Assembly: GCF_006345805.1 (NCBI RefSeq)
Contig: NC_043002.1
Location: 85,746,001 to 85,810,000 of the forward strand
Reading direction: 5' to 3'
From: Octopus sinensis
Taxonomy: Eukaryota
DNA: 64,000 nt
Position numbers and translations under genes: made by a program. Within the stretch, counting starts at the first letter, position 1, and each line of letters starts with the position of its first letter. The notes under the pieces are model-generated. The model made no database searches, was not told the DNA's origin, and saw only the letters and a program-made list of their open reading frames with translations. Shown here piece by piece: positions 26,383-39,977 of the stretch.

Positions 26383-28415
26383 AGAGTTTATGAAAAAAAC
26401 AAATGACGGAGACAGGTGGTGTAGAAAACAAACAGATGTATTAGTATAATGCTCAGGAATAGAAAAAGTCTTTTACGTTTTGAGCCTACGCTCTTCTACA
26501 GAAAGGGACACAGAAAAAACAAGGAGAGAAAAAAATGTGTGTAGTGGCTATATGTGTGTGTGTGTACATCTTTTGTTGATGTGAATTGGCAAAGAATGTA
26601 AACATTGCCATGCAATCTACAAACAGGGTAAAAGGCTTTATGAATGAAATCCCTTGCACTGCCTGTTGTGAACCAAATTACAATCATTTCCTTGTCATTC
26701 TCACTGTCAGATATGCAGTGAACCAGTGACTAGTTCATTGGAAACCTGTAATCAATGACATTATTGATCACCAATTCTGATACAAAATAAATTAATCAGT
26801 CAGTTGGTATAAAATGCTGGTATATTGGCTCACAGCTTGTGACAGTTGCATCATAATTCATGAAGTTGTCTTCAGTAACTGGAAATCGAAACAAAAAGAT
26901 TCAGACAAAACACCTTTTGTCTGAATCTTTAGCTAACTTTTCTCATTCAGCCAAGTGCAGAGTGGACATTTAGACTTGTGTCTCTATTTTCTGCTCATAT
27001 ACTGGCAATTTTGTGAACATCCTGTATTCCTGCTAATTCCTATTGAACACTATATATTCCAATCATTTTCAAGTGCAGCCGTTTCAAAAGATCGACTGAT
27101 AACATTTGTTATACAAAACTGTTTGTTCATGCTTCACAGACAATGAGATGAATTGATGGATTGTAGTGAAAAAAACTTGAGATTCTAATTGTTACCAAAT
27201 CAAAACTGTATGGTGACATTTAGGTGAACTTTACCAAACTGGTTGATTTCACTTGATATTTTACAATTTTCTACTTTTCCTTTTTTTTCATTCCTTGTCT
27301 TTATTTTTGCTTGCTTTTTACTTAAATTTTTCTCTGCTTGTTTGTTTTTGTTTTTATTTATTTTATTAAGTAATTCATTATATTTAAAATTATTCCATTA
27401 TAATTACCAGTATGAAAGATTAATATCTGACAGAAATGACATTTTGCTATTCAGTAGAAATACATCTTGTTTGTTCTCATTAAATAATGCTAGCTATAAA
27501 ATTTTATTTCAACTAAAGAAAAACAAAATTAAATCAGTTATAATTCTGATGATGATTTTCATTTTGTTATTTACTTAATTTTATATTTTATATCCCTGTA
27601 TTTATATAATATTGTATTTTTGATTGCCTAACCCCATTGAATAGACAAAAACTGTATTTAGCTAAATCTAACCATTTAGTGTTCACATTATTCTGCCAAA
27701 ATTAACCCTTTTTTATCCACATTGTTTTGAATTAATCATGCATTATCTTGTAGCTATGAGATTTTGATGAGGTAGCTGTTAATTTTTAAAACGATGTTGT
27801 AGGGTTGGTGTGAGAGACCAGATCTGGCCAGTTTGAACATGAAACAGGCAGAATACTTTTGGCCGGATATGGCCGGTTTAAATGCTAAAGGGTTAAGACT
27901 TCATATCTTGCTGTAACCATTTCAAATTCCAACATGCCTTTTGAGGAATCAGTGAACATAGAGAGAATGGAGAGGAGGAATGAAACAGCCAGTGGTGTGT
28001 ATGGTTGGGTTGTGGAAGAGGGAAGGGGTCATGGACATGAATTTTACTTAATCAGGGTTGCCTACCATGAAATATAAAAAGAACTTCTTTCAGTTTATCA
28101 TATTTCGATACAAAAAAATCCACAACCTTCTGTCTCAGTAAACACTATTGTTCCTGAAAGATGTTTTCTTATAATTACTATGGATTGCTTGAAGATAACC
28201 TTCTTCCTAGGCCTCAATCCCTGGATCTTACATTTATATGTATATATATATATATATATAAGCATGGGTGTGGTAAGAAGCTTGCATCCGAACTATGTGG
28301 TTCTGGGTTCAGTCCCACTGAATGGCACCTTGGGCAAGTGTCTTCTACTATAGCCTCAGGCTGACCAGAGCCTTGTTGTTGGATTTGGTAGACAGAAACT
28401 GAAAGAAGCCCATCA

Positions 28416-28461
<46 letters not shown>

Positions 28462-28512
28462 AATACATATATGTATGTAGTGCACCTTAGCACTATACGC
28501 AATAATTTCATG

Positions 28513-28579
<67 letters not shown>

Positions 28580-29652
28580 CTGCACAACATGGTGATCTCA
28601 TATCAAGATAAATAGCACATGACTTTGCAGGTGGGGCCCTGTTAGAATTTTCTTCTGAAGTAGCCGCTTCCACTCAAAAAGTCCCTGACTAAGGGTTGTT
28701 TAAAGATGTTGAACAAAACACCCATGTTTACAGAGGTGAATTATTCAAACCCCAAAGAATTCCTCTTAACACTACTTAATTACTATTATCATTGTTGTGT
28801 TGTTGTTGTTTTTGTTAATAAGGTTGTGAGCTGGCAGTCGTTAGTACACTGGATGAAATGCTTAGCAGTATTTCACCCATCACTATGTTCTGAGTTCAAA
28901 TTCCACCAAAGTCAACTTTGCCTTTCTTACTTTTGGAATCAATAAAATAAGTACTAGTTGTACACTAGGGTCGATGTAATCAGTTATCCCCTCCCCCAAA
29001 GTTTCAGGCCTTATGCCTTTAGTAAAAAAAAAAATCATTATTATCATTAGTAGTATTAGTATTAGTATTAATAAGGCTGTGAGCTGGCAAAATTGTTAGT
29101 ATACCAGGCAAAATGCTTTGTGACATTTTGTCCATTGTTACGTTCTGAGTTCAAATTCCACCAAGGTTGATATTACCTTTAATCATTTCAGGTTCTATAA
29201 AATAAGTACTAGTTTTCCACTGCATTTTTTAAAAATCATGGTTGAGGCCTTGGTTTCAGGACCACTCATGTCTAGAAATTGCGGTTGGGGGATAAGCAAG
29301 GGCATGCTCCTCATAGAAAATCCAGCTCCTAAAAAGCCTCATGATAGCTAAGGTGAATGAGCACCAGCCAGCCCGCCCAAAGATTGGGATGGGCTACACC
29401 TACCTACCTCAGTTGCAATGGCATTGAGGTAGATCTAGATGATGATGATGATGATGATTATGATTAATATTGATAAGGCCATGAGCTGGCTGAATTATTT
29501 GCATTGTTATTTCTAAGTTCAAATTCCACTGAGATTGACTTTGCCTTTCATCATTTCAGGGTCAATAAAATGAGTACCAGTTGTACACTAGGGTCGATGT
29601 AATCAACTATTCCCTCCCCAAAGTTTCAGTCCTTGTGCCTTTAGTAGAAAGG

Positions 29653-29710
<58 letters not shown>

Positions 29711-31258
29711 GTATTAGTGTTATTATTATTATTAGTAGTATTATTATCATTGAGCGAGAGAGCAGTGCATGCCATCAAAGTGACACTGCGGTAAAATATA
29801 CGAAGCCCAATATACCCATCATGACTATCCGTCTGATAAGGGTACACCAGGCACATGCATCACAACCATATGTGCACGACATGGTGATCTCATATCAAGA
29901 TAAACAGCACATGACCTTGCAGGTGGGGCCCAGTTAGAATTTTCTTCAGGTTGAGTAGCCCATCCCACTCAAAAGGTCCCTGAATAAGGGTTGTTTAAGG
30001 ATGTTGAAAGAACCACCCATGTTTCCAGAGGTGAATTATTCAAACCCCAAAGAATCTCTCTCAACACATGGCTATGATGCTCCCCCACTACTTCTGCTCG
30101 TGATCAGAGATGCACATGTCGTCAGGCACTAAGGGACATGCTCAACTGGTTAAGGTCAAACAACTGACAAGCAAATCTGTGGTATTGAGCAGAATATTTG
30201 CTGTAGCCCATCTTTTATACCAAGACAAAACAATGTACATGATAACACTTCCAATCAGTTAAGATCAGAAGCCATGAGAGCCACTGCCTGGTACTGCATC
30301 AGGGCATTTATTATTATGATTATTATTGTTATTATCATTATTATTATTATCATTGAGCGAGAGAGCAGTGCATGCCATCAAAGTGACACTGTGGTAAAAT
30401 ATATGAAGCCCAGTATACCCATCACGACTACCCGTCTGATTAGGGTACACTAGGTGCATGCATCTCATATCAAGATAAACAGCGCATGACCTTGCAGGTG
30501 GGGCCCAGTTAGAATGTTCTTCTGGTCGAGTAACCCATCCCGCTCAAAAAGTCCCTGAATAAGGGTTGTTTAAGGATGTTGATTGAAACACCCATGTTTC
30601 CAGAAGTGAATTATTCAAATCCCAAAGAATCTCTCTCAACATATGGCTATGATGCTCTCCCACTACTTCTGCTTGTGATCAGAGATGCACATATCGTCAG
30701 CCACTAAGGGACATGCGCAACTGGTTAAGGTCAAACCACTGACAAGCAAATCTGTGGTATTGAACAGAATATTTGCTGTAGCCCGTGTTTTATACCAAGA
30801 CAAAGCAATGTGCATGATAACACTTCCAATCAGTTAAGATCAGAAGCCACAAAAGCCACTGCCTTGTACTGCACCAGGGCATTTTATTACTATTATCTCT
30901 CTGTATATAAATGGCAAAATTTCTGTGTGTGTGTCCTTAATACAAATCCATAATTTTTCAGTTAGAAGGCTCACACTTTCTATGGTCATTTAAAACCGTC
31001 CAAGGGTGGTCGTGCGAATCTTTACATTTCCCCAGTCACCCCACAAAGCCATTAAAAAATCAATAGAAGTGACTTTTTTGTGAATTTTCTATCCCAAATC
31101 CAATCAAAATGCCCAAAACTTGATACGCCAATTGAATGCCAGCTAGCTGTATGTGATTGGTTGGAGATTTGGACAGTACTCACGTGTATGTGTGCACGCT
31201 CACAGCTGTATATGCATGCACTAGCACTATGACCCAGCGTTGCCGGGTCATAGTGCTA

Positions 31259-31301
<43 letters not shown>

Positions 31302-34300
31302 GAAAATACATAAAGCAATGTGAAATCAAACTTTGAAATGACTTATATATACTGTCGTAATGGGACAATGATTTTCTTTACTTTGTCTAGGGTCTTCAAA
31401 CAACTACATTCGTGATGACAATGGAACTGTATCTAACAAAGTACAGAGCTCGAGCTGGTATCTTTGTTGCAGTTGTGATTGGAACAGTTGTTATGACTTT
31501 GGCTGGCCTCGGTTACCTTCTGAGAAATTGGCGCCATCTTCAGATGGCTATCAGTTTACCAAGTCTTTTAGCCATCCCATATATTTTGTAAGTATCATAA
31601 ATTTTTTTCTAATCATTTTGAAGTAGCTTGGTCATATTCATTTTGTCATTGTTAATGCTGTATATTCAAGATTTCTGTTGCTCTCAAGCAAGTGATGGAC
31701 TCTGATTTTTCAGTCATCCTAAGATAAAATGTAGAACAAAGATGATCCTACAGTTCTATATTTAAGAGATGAGGAATTATGTACATTATTTACATTATTT
31801 ACATTCGACAGATATTTGTCTTCATCTTGTTTATTGTTAACACAATGTTTCGGCTGATATACCCTTCTGTGGGATGAAGTTAAAATAATAGACAGAGAAC
31901 ACCACTGGAAAATACAAAAACTAAAAGAAGCAGCACATATGCTAGGACACAACAACCTCCTAAGCAGACCAAGTGCAGATGTGAACTGCATATGGGAACT
32001 GGTATTAAGGAAGGATAGAAAAATATTAGATTTATAAACCCTAAAACTCACTCCATAATTGCCCACGGGCATATGGTGTAGTGGTTAAGAGTGTGGGCTA
32101 CTAAACCCAAGATTCCAAGTTCAATTCTAAGCAGTGACCTGAACAACAATAATAATAATAATAACATCGAAGAATACCTTAGGAATGAGAACCCAGGTTC
32201 GAAATTCCCCCCAAGACACCTGAAGAAGGCTGGAGGGTGTTAACAACAAACAAGATGAGGACAAATATCCGTCGAATGTAAATATTATGTTGTCCCAAAA
32301 GTTTGTAAACACTTGCGAAAATTGAATTTTTACTCGCCAAGTACTAACAAAAACAACAAAAATTATTCCTCAAAATAAAGACCATTATTTTCCAAGACTT
32401 TCTACGAACTTTTGGGACAACCTTATAATATAAAGATGATCCTTACATTAGTATCTAATCTTTGGTTTCCTTAGTATTTAGTAAACAAGGGACAAATCTC
32501 CCTTTGTCTAGGTTACTAGTTTACCATAGAGAAGAATGAGAAGAATTAAGCTTGACACTATAAACATACTAATCAATTACTAATCATCAATTTTTCCATC
32601 ACAATATTACCTCTGATGACAGCATGGAATCTATGATACCTACCTTGGCTAAAAATTGACCAAAATATTAACCCTTCGCTTGTTCTGAGTGTGTATGTCA
32701 TGTGTAATACATAGGACATATTTCCCTGGTGTCCGTACATCATACATTATACATGTTGGTTTCAAATTTTGACACAAGGCCAGCAATTTGGAGGGAAGAG
32801 TTAAACCAATTAATTACATTGCCCCAGTGTTCAACTTGTACTTATTTTTATTGACCCCAGAAAGATGTAAGACAAAGTCAGCCTTAGTGGAGTTTGAACC
32901 CAGAACATAAAGACAGACAAAATACCACTAAGCATTTTGCCCAGCTTGCTAACAAATGTGCCAGCTCGCTGCCTTTCAGGCATCATATATGATACATATT
33001 ACCAATAATTTTTTAACCACAGAAGGCAGCAGGCTGACAGAATCATTGGCAGGCAAGAAAAATGGGATCTTTTCGGTTTGAACGGCAGTTTTTTCTAGCG
33101 GTGTCATATAAAATTGTCACCCATAATTATGACCCTAGTATCGATCTATTGCATTTCAATCTGTTTTAGGGTTAAGGTTAGGAGTCGGGGGAAGGGTATC
33201 TTTTTTTCTTCACAAATGTAAATAAACCCAATCTGTTTCTTAAACAAGGGACATATTCATACAGCACAGAATGTTTTTTTAACTCAATAGACGTCACTGA
33301 TTGGTTGAAATTGCAGAAATTGAAGAAAAAAACCCACAAATATGTTACAAACTATAGAATTTTCTCAATAAAGCCAAGAGAAAAAGATGTTTTATAAACA
33401 CATTCTACCAGTATACGAAAAGATCCGAAAAATGCTTAGTGGAATTTTCTGTCTTTACATTCTGGGTTTAAATGCCTCTGGAGTCAACATTGCCTTTCAT
33501 TCTTTTGGGGGTGGATAAAATAAATGCCAGTTGAGCATTGGGGTTGATTTAAATCAACTTAGCTCTACTCTTGAATTTGCTGGCCTTGTGCCAAAATTCA
33601 AATCAATATTTTTAATCACCAAAATTACTTGAAATTTATGAAAGTAAAACTTTGAACTACTAAGAATGTATGAAATAAGAGCTAACCAAAAAACCAAAAG
33701 CAAGCATGGATGTTTAAGACAAACTTATAAAAAGCTTTGAACAGATGTAGGAGTGGCTGTGTGGTACGTAGCTTGTTTACCAACCACATGGTTCCGGGTT
33801 CAGTCCCACTGTGTGGCACCTTGGGCAAGTGTCTTCTACTATAGCCTCAGGTCGACCAAAGCCTTGTGAGTGGATTTGGTAGACGGAAACTGAAAGTAAC
33901 CCGTCGTATATATGTGTGTGGGTATGTATATATATATATATATATATATATGTAAGTGTGTGTGTGTGTGTGTGTATGTGTTTGTGTTTGTCCCTCCAAC
34001 ATCGCTTGACAACCGATGATGGTGTGTTTACATTCCTGTAACTTAGCGGTTTGGCAAAAGAGACCGATAGAATAAGTACTAGGCTTACAAAGAATAAGTC
34101 CTGGGGTCGGTTTGCTCGACTAAAGGCGGTGCTCCAGCATGACCACAGTCAAATGACTGAAACAAGTAAAAGAGTAGGCAAAGGGTTGAGTGTTTTGGCT
34201 GTGGACACATTGTAATTCAACCATGGTGATGTGAGCTGGCAACATTGTTTGGTTATTACATACTCTCTCTGCTTGGCCCTTCCATAATATGTTGCATTCG

Positions 34301-37300
34301 TCATCACAACTTTGAAATGCATGAATACATAACACAGTTGTTGATTATTAGAAAATTTCAGACCTTGAAATGCATGGCAATTTGTTGATCTAAAACTTGT
34401 GTATAAATAAAGATCTAGAGATAATAATCTCTCACTATTGTTACACGTAAAGAAGCCTAGGTTACTACAATATTAATCAGCAACAAATGATGATGAGGAT
34501 GGTGATGATGATGATGGTGGTGGTGGTGGTGGTGGCAGCGGTGGTGGTGGTGATAACGACAATGATGATGATGATGAAGACTGATGACAATAATGGTCGT
34601 GGTGATGCTGCTGCTGCTGATGATGATGGTGGTGATAACGAGAATGATGATGATGAAGACTGATGACAATAATGGTTGTGGTGATGCTGCTGCTGCTGCT
34701 GCTGCCGATGATGATGATGATGATGATGGTGGTGATAACGACAATGATGATGATGAAGACTGATGACAGTAATGGTGGTGGTGATGGTGCTGGTGCTTCT
34801 GATGATGATGATGAAGAGAATGATGACCATAGTGGTGGTGGTGCCGCTACTGGTGCTGCTGCTGATGATGATGATGATGATGATGACAAGAAGGAGGAGG
34901 AAATTTGATGGCTGCACATCAGAGCCATGTTGTCATTACAGCTTGGTGGACAATATTACATACGGGAGATTCAGCAGCTCCATGCCCCGATAACCAAAGT
35001 CATACTGCACTTGATAGCAGTTTCCTGTGTTCAGCAATCAGAATGTACAGCAATCACCTGGAAGCCACAGTAGGACTCTTGTTTAACAATGGAATCCAAA
35101 CATTCAATAGTCGGTTGATGAAAGCATTCTGCCACCTGCTTCCTTTTGAGTAGCTGAAAATTTTAAGATTTCTTTTGGATTTTTCAAAACATTTAATAAG
35201 ATTCGTCATTGTCATCATCGTTATTCTTGTCCTCTTTACCATCATCATCATCATCACCATCATCATCACCATCATCATCATCATTATTATCATCACCATC
35301 ATCATTATCACCATCATCATCATCATCACCATCATCATCACCATCATCATCATCACCATCATCACCATCATCATTATCACCATCATCATCATCATCATCA
35401 TCATCATCACCATCATCATTATCACCATCATCATCATCATCACATCATCAACAATAACAACACCATCACCAGCAGCATTTTTATTTTACTGTTACTTTTC
35501 CATGAAGGCATGGGTTGGGTGGTTTTCCTGAAGCGATATTTTACAGTTAGATACCCTTCCTGTCATCAGTTACCTGTAGTTGTCTCTTATGAAATGCAGG
35601 GAAATGGTGTAACTATTCTAAGCACTGAGACACATACAGTAAAAAAAAACTCCTTATGAGATTTTTATTCACAAATATTTGATTCTTTACTACCCACAAG
35701 GAGCTAAACACAGAGAGGACAAACAAGGACAGACAAACGGATTAAGTCGATTATATCGACCCCAGTGCGTAACTGGTACTTATTTAATCGACCCCGAAAA
35801 GATGAAAGGCAAAGTCGATCTCGGCGGAATTTGAACTCAGAATGTAACAGCAGCCGAAATACCGCTAAGCATTCCAACCGGCGTGCTATCGAGTCAGAAA
35901 AAGAAATTTAAAAAGTGAGGGGTTAGCGAAGTTATATGATGGCAGTCTCTCATAGAAAGATGGCTATGGAATTTTTTACTGAACAACCTACACAAATAAT
36001 ATGTTTGTAGTGATCAAATGTATGTGCTATACAGTGTACCATACGTCAGATGTCAAAGTAATCACAGAGCAATGTGAGACGAGGTGTTTTGCTCAAGAAC
36101 CCAATGCACCGCCCAGTCCTGGAATTGAAACCAAGATCTTGTGAACATGAGTGCAACACCCTAACCACTACTAGACCATGTGCTCTCACAGTCAAGTTAT
36201 ATATATTTCCATTAGCACATAAGTATTTTGAGTTATTTTCTTTTATCCTGTCCTTTTAGATGAGGCTCTATATTAAACACACTTCCCCAATACACTTACT
36301 GAGGTACTTGAGCTTGCATTCCTCATGTTCAGCTAATCATAAATCCAAACTTTCGATTTCATCATCATCATCATTTAACGTCCGTTTTCCATGCTAGCAT
36401 GGGTTGGACGGTTCGACCGGGGTCTGGTAAGCCATGGAGGCTGCACCAGGCTCTAGTCTGATTTGGCAGAGTTTCTACAGCTGGATGCCTTTCCTAACAC
36501 CAACCACTCTGTGAGTGTAGTGGGTGCTTTTTACACGCCACTGGCACAGGGGCCACAGCAGGCTGGCAACGGCCACAATCGGTTGGTGCTTTTACATATC
36601 ACTGACATGGATGCCAGTCAGGCGATGCTAGTATCTGCCATGTTCGGACGGTGCTTTTTACGTGTCACCAGCACAGGTGTCTCAACTACAATTTCCATTT
36701 GAATTTTTATTTTGATGTTCATGTTTATTGATTTCTCAATAAAAATTTAGTGTCTGATATAACTATTGTTCTCAAGAGATTTACTGATGTTTCCAATACA
36801 TATCTACTGTTCACTTCAAATGACAGATGTTGTATAAATTACATTGATATTGGCATAGACTTATAACTGAGAGGGCATCCATCTGTAAAACAATTTCCAT
36901 CAGATCCATGCAAGCATGGAAAAAATGGATGTCAAATGGTGGTGGTGGTAGCGGTAACAATTATGGCAAATTGGTTTTTAAGTCATTAAAGTGTCAGGGA
37001 AAATGCCTCACAATGTTTATATTGACTCCATGTTCAAATCTCATTGGTCCCTCCAAATAGATGAAATAAAGTACCACCTAAGTACTGAAGTCAATGTAAA
37101 TGGCTAATGCACCTCAACTCAAAATTTCTATTTTAAAAGGATGGCAAATTGACCATTGTCATTAGAGCATCAGGAAAAAAAAAATGCTTTTTGCATATGC
37201 TCTAGGTCTTTACATTCTGAGTTCAAATTGTGCTTTACCTTGCATCTTTTCAGGATTAATAAAATAAATTACCAATCAGCTACTGGGATCAGTTGTAGAG

Positions 37301-37365
37301 ACTAGCTTTTCTCTTAGAAAGTGCTGGTTTTGTGCCCATCTCAAAAACTATCATCATCATCATCA

Positions 37366-37397
<32 letters not shown>

Positions 37398-38133
37398 CGG
37401 CAGCGAGCTGGCAGAACCGTTAACACACTGGGCAAAATGCTTAGTGGCATTTCATCCGTCTTTATGTTCTGAGTTTAAATTCCGCCGAGGTCGATTTTAC
37501 CTTCCATCCTTTCAGAGTCAATGAAATAAGTACCAGTTATGCACTGGGGAGCAATGTAATCAACTAACCCCCTCCCCCAAAATTCCAGGCCTTGTGCCTA
37601 GAGTACAAAGGATTATTATTATTATTATTTTATTGTCTTTGCATAGCTTCTAACACTGGAGATGTACTACAGTGTCAGCTGTTCACTACCAGTGAACTAA
37701 GGTGACACCCCTTATTTTTTGAGCACCATCCGGAGTATTCAAGAGGTTCCAAGCTGTGCATTATTATTATTATTACTATTATTCTATGTTTGACTTTTGC
37801 TTTACATTTGTACAAGTTGGCTCCAAGTCTCACCCAGAGACCTCAAGAGACAACAGGTTGGAAGTTCATATTGTTGTTATGCCTAGTGTGCCACATATTT
37901 GGTTTTGTACTTAGTGTTGTACTAGTGAATGTCTAAAAAAACATACGAAAATTAAGTTTGTTTTAAAACTTGAGATTACATAGAAAGTATTTTGCATAAG
38001 ATATGCGCAGTTCCCATGAGCACTATCTTTTGAATTTCTGCCATTTTGGGGTTTCCTGGTATCTGAGTGAGGTAGCATTCAGCCCCTTTTGCTATCATTC
38101 CCAGGGCACCTATGACAACAGGTATTATTGTTG

Positions 38134-38171
<38 letters not shown>

Positions 38172-38954
38172 GTCATCATCATCATCATTATTATTATCAC
38201 TGAAAATCTAGGACAGAGCTTATATGATAAGATTTAAGTAACATGCATCAGAGTGAAAAGCTAAAGTTATTGATTTTGATATGGACTATAATTTCATATA
38301 CACTGTGCTATAACTTCATGTTATACACATTAAAGCTGGACCAGTCAACAGGATTTTATGTAATATCAAAACTTCATGACTCTCAATAATATCACACTGG
38401 ATATTCTAACAATAAAATTGTATTATTCATATACACTGTATAATAACAATATTTCTTTCTTTTTTGTTTTTCGTATTCTAACGATTGTAATACAGGAAGC
38501 TAATGTTGTTTGAAGAATTGGTAATGTCAAAGGATTGGGATACAGTGCATGCTATAAAGGTATTAGGAGTGGCAAGGGGATTTCTTTTCATATTTTTTGT
38601 TTTTTCCTGTCCACTTTGTTACTATGGTAACCTAAAACTATTTTACTTACCATGTACTCTCAAGCTATATGGAATCAAGTTTTGCCAGCAAACTGGTTCA
38701 AACAGAATAAAAGTCATGTTATTTATGGAATGGTGAAGGAAGGAGACAGTAAGAGATTGAGAGAGAGGAGGAGGAGAGAGAGGAGGCAAGAGAGCAAAAA
38801 GGTTACAATTCAGATTATATTGTTCTTTAGTTCAGTTTAGCAATCACATCCAAGGCCTCGTTTGAGTACTGCTTTCACTATGTAACATAAGTTCAACATA
38901 TAGGAAATATGTATATAATGTGTGCGCGTGTGTGTGTGTGCAAAAGAGTAAGAG

Positions 38955-38987
<33 letters not shown>

Positions 38988-39926
38988 TCTTACTCTTTTA
39001 CTTGCTTCAGTCATGTGACTGGCCATGCTGGAGCATCACCTTCAGTCGAACAAATCGACCCTAGGACTTTTTCTTTGTAAGCCTAGTACTTATTATATCG
39101 GTCTCTTTTGCTGAACCACTAAGTTACAGGGATGTAAACAGACCAACATCGGTTGTCAAGTGAAATTGGGAGGACAAACACAGACACACACATATATATA
39201 TATACATATATTCAATGGGCTTCTTTCAGTTTCTGTCTACCAAATCTACTCACAAGGCTTTGGTCAGCCTAAGGCTGTAGTAGAAGACACTTGCCCAAGG
39301 TGCCACGCAGTGGGACTGAACCCAGAACCATGTGGTTAATATGCAAGCTACTTACCACACAGCCACTCCTACGCCTATTATATATGTATATGTATACACA
39401 TATATATAATGTATACATATATATGTATGAGTGATACATATATATATGTATGAGTGATATGTATATATACGTATATTACCGCTGATTTTACTGAACCCTC
39501 ATTTCTCATTCATGACAAAAGAATCCATCATATATTTATATATATATATGCCTGTGCTAGTAGGGTGCCAAGAGCACCATCCGAGCATGATTGTTGCCAG
39601 AGCAGTCAACTGGCTTTTGTACCCATGGCATGTAAAAGGGCACCATTTGAGCGTGATCGTTACCAACGTCGCTTCACTGGCACATGTTAAAACATTTGAG
39701 CGGGGTCGTTGCCAGTCCCGCCTGACTGGTCCCGTGCCGGTGGCACGTAAAAAGCACCCACAACACTCTCGGAGTAGTTGGCATTAGGAAGGGCATCTAG
39801 CTGTAGAAACTCTGCCAGATCATGATTGGAGCTTGGTGCAGCCATCTGGCTTGCCAGCCCTCAGTCAAAATCATCCAACCCATGCTAGTATGGAAAGCGG
39901 ACGTTAAATGATGATGATGATGATGA

Positions 39927-39977
<51 letters not shown>

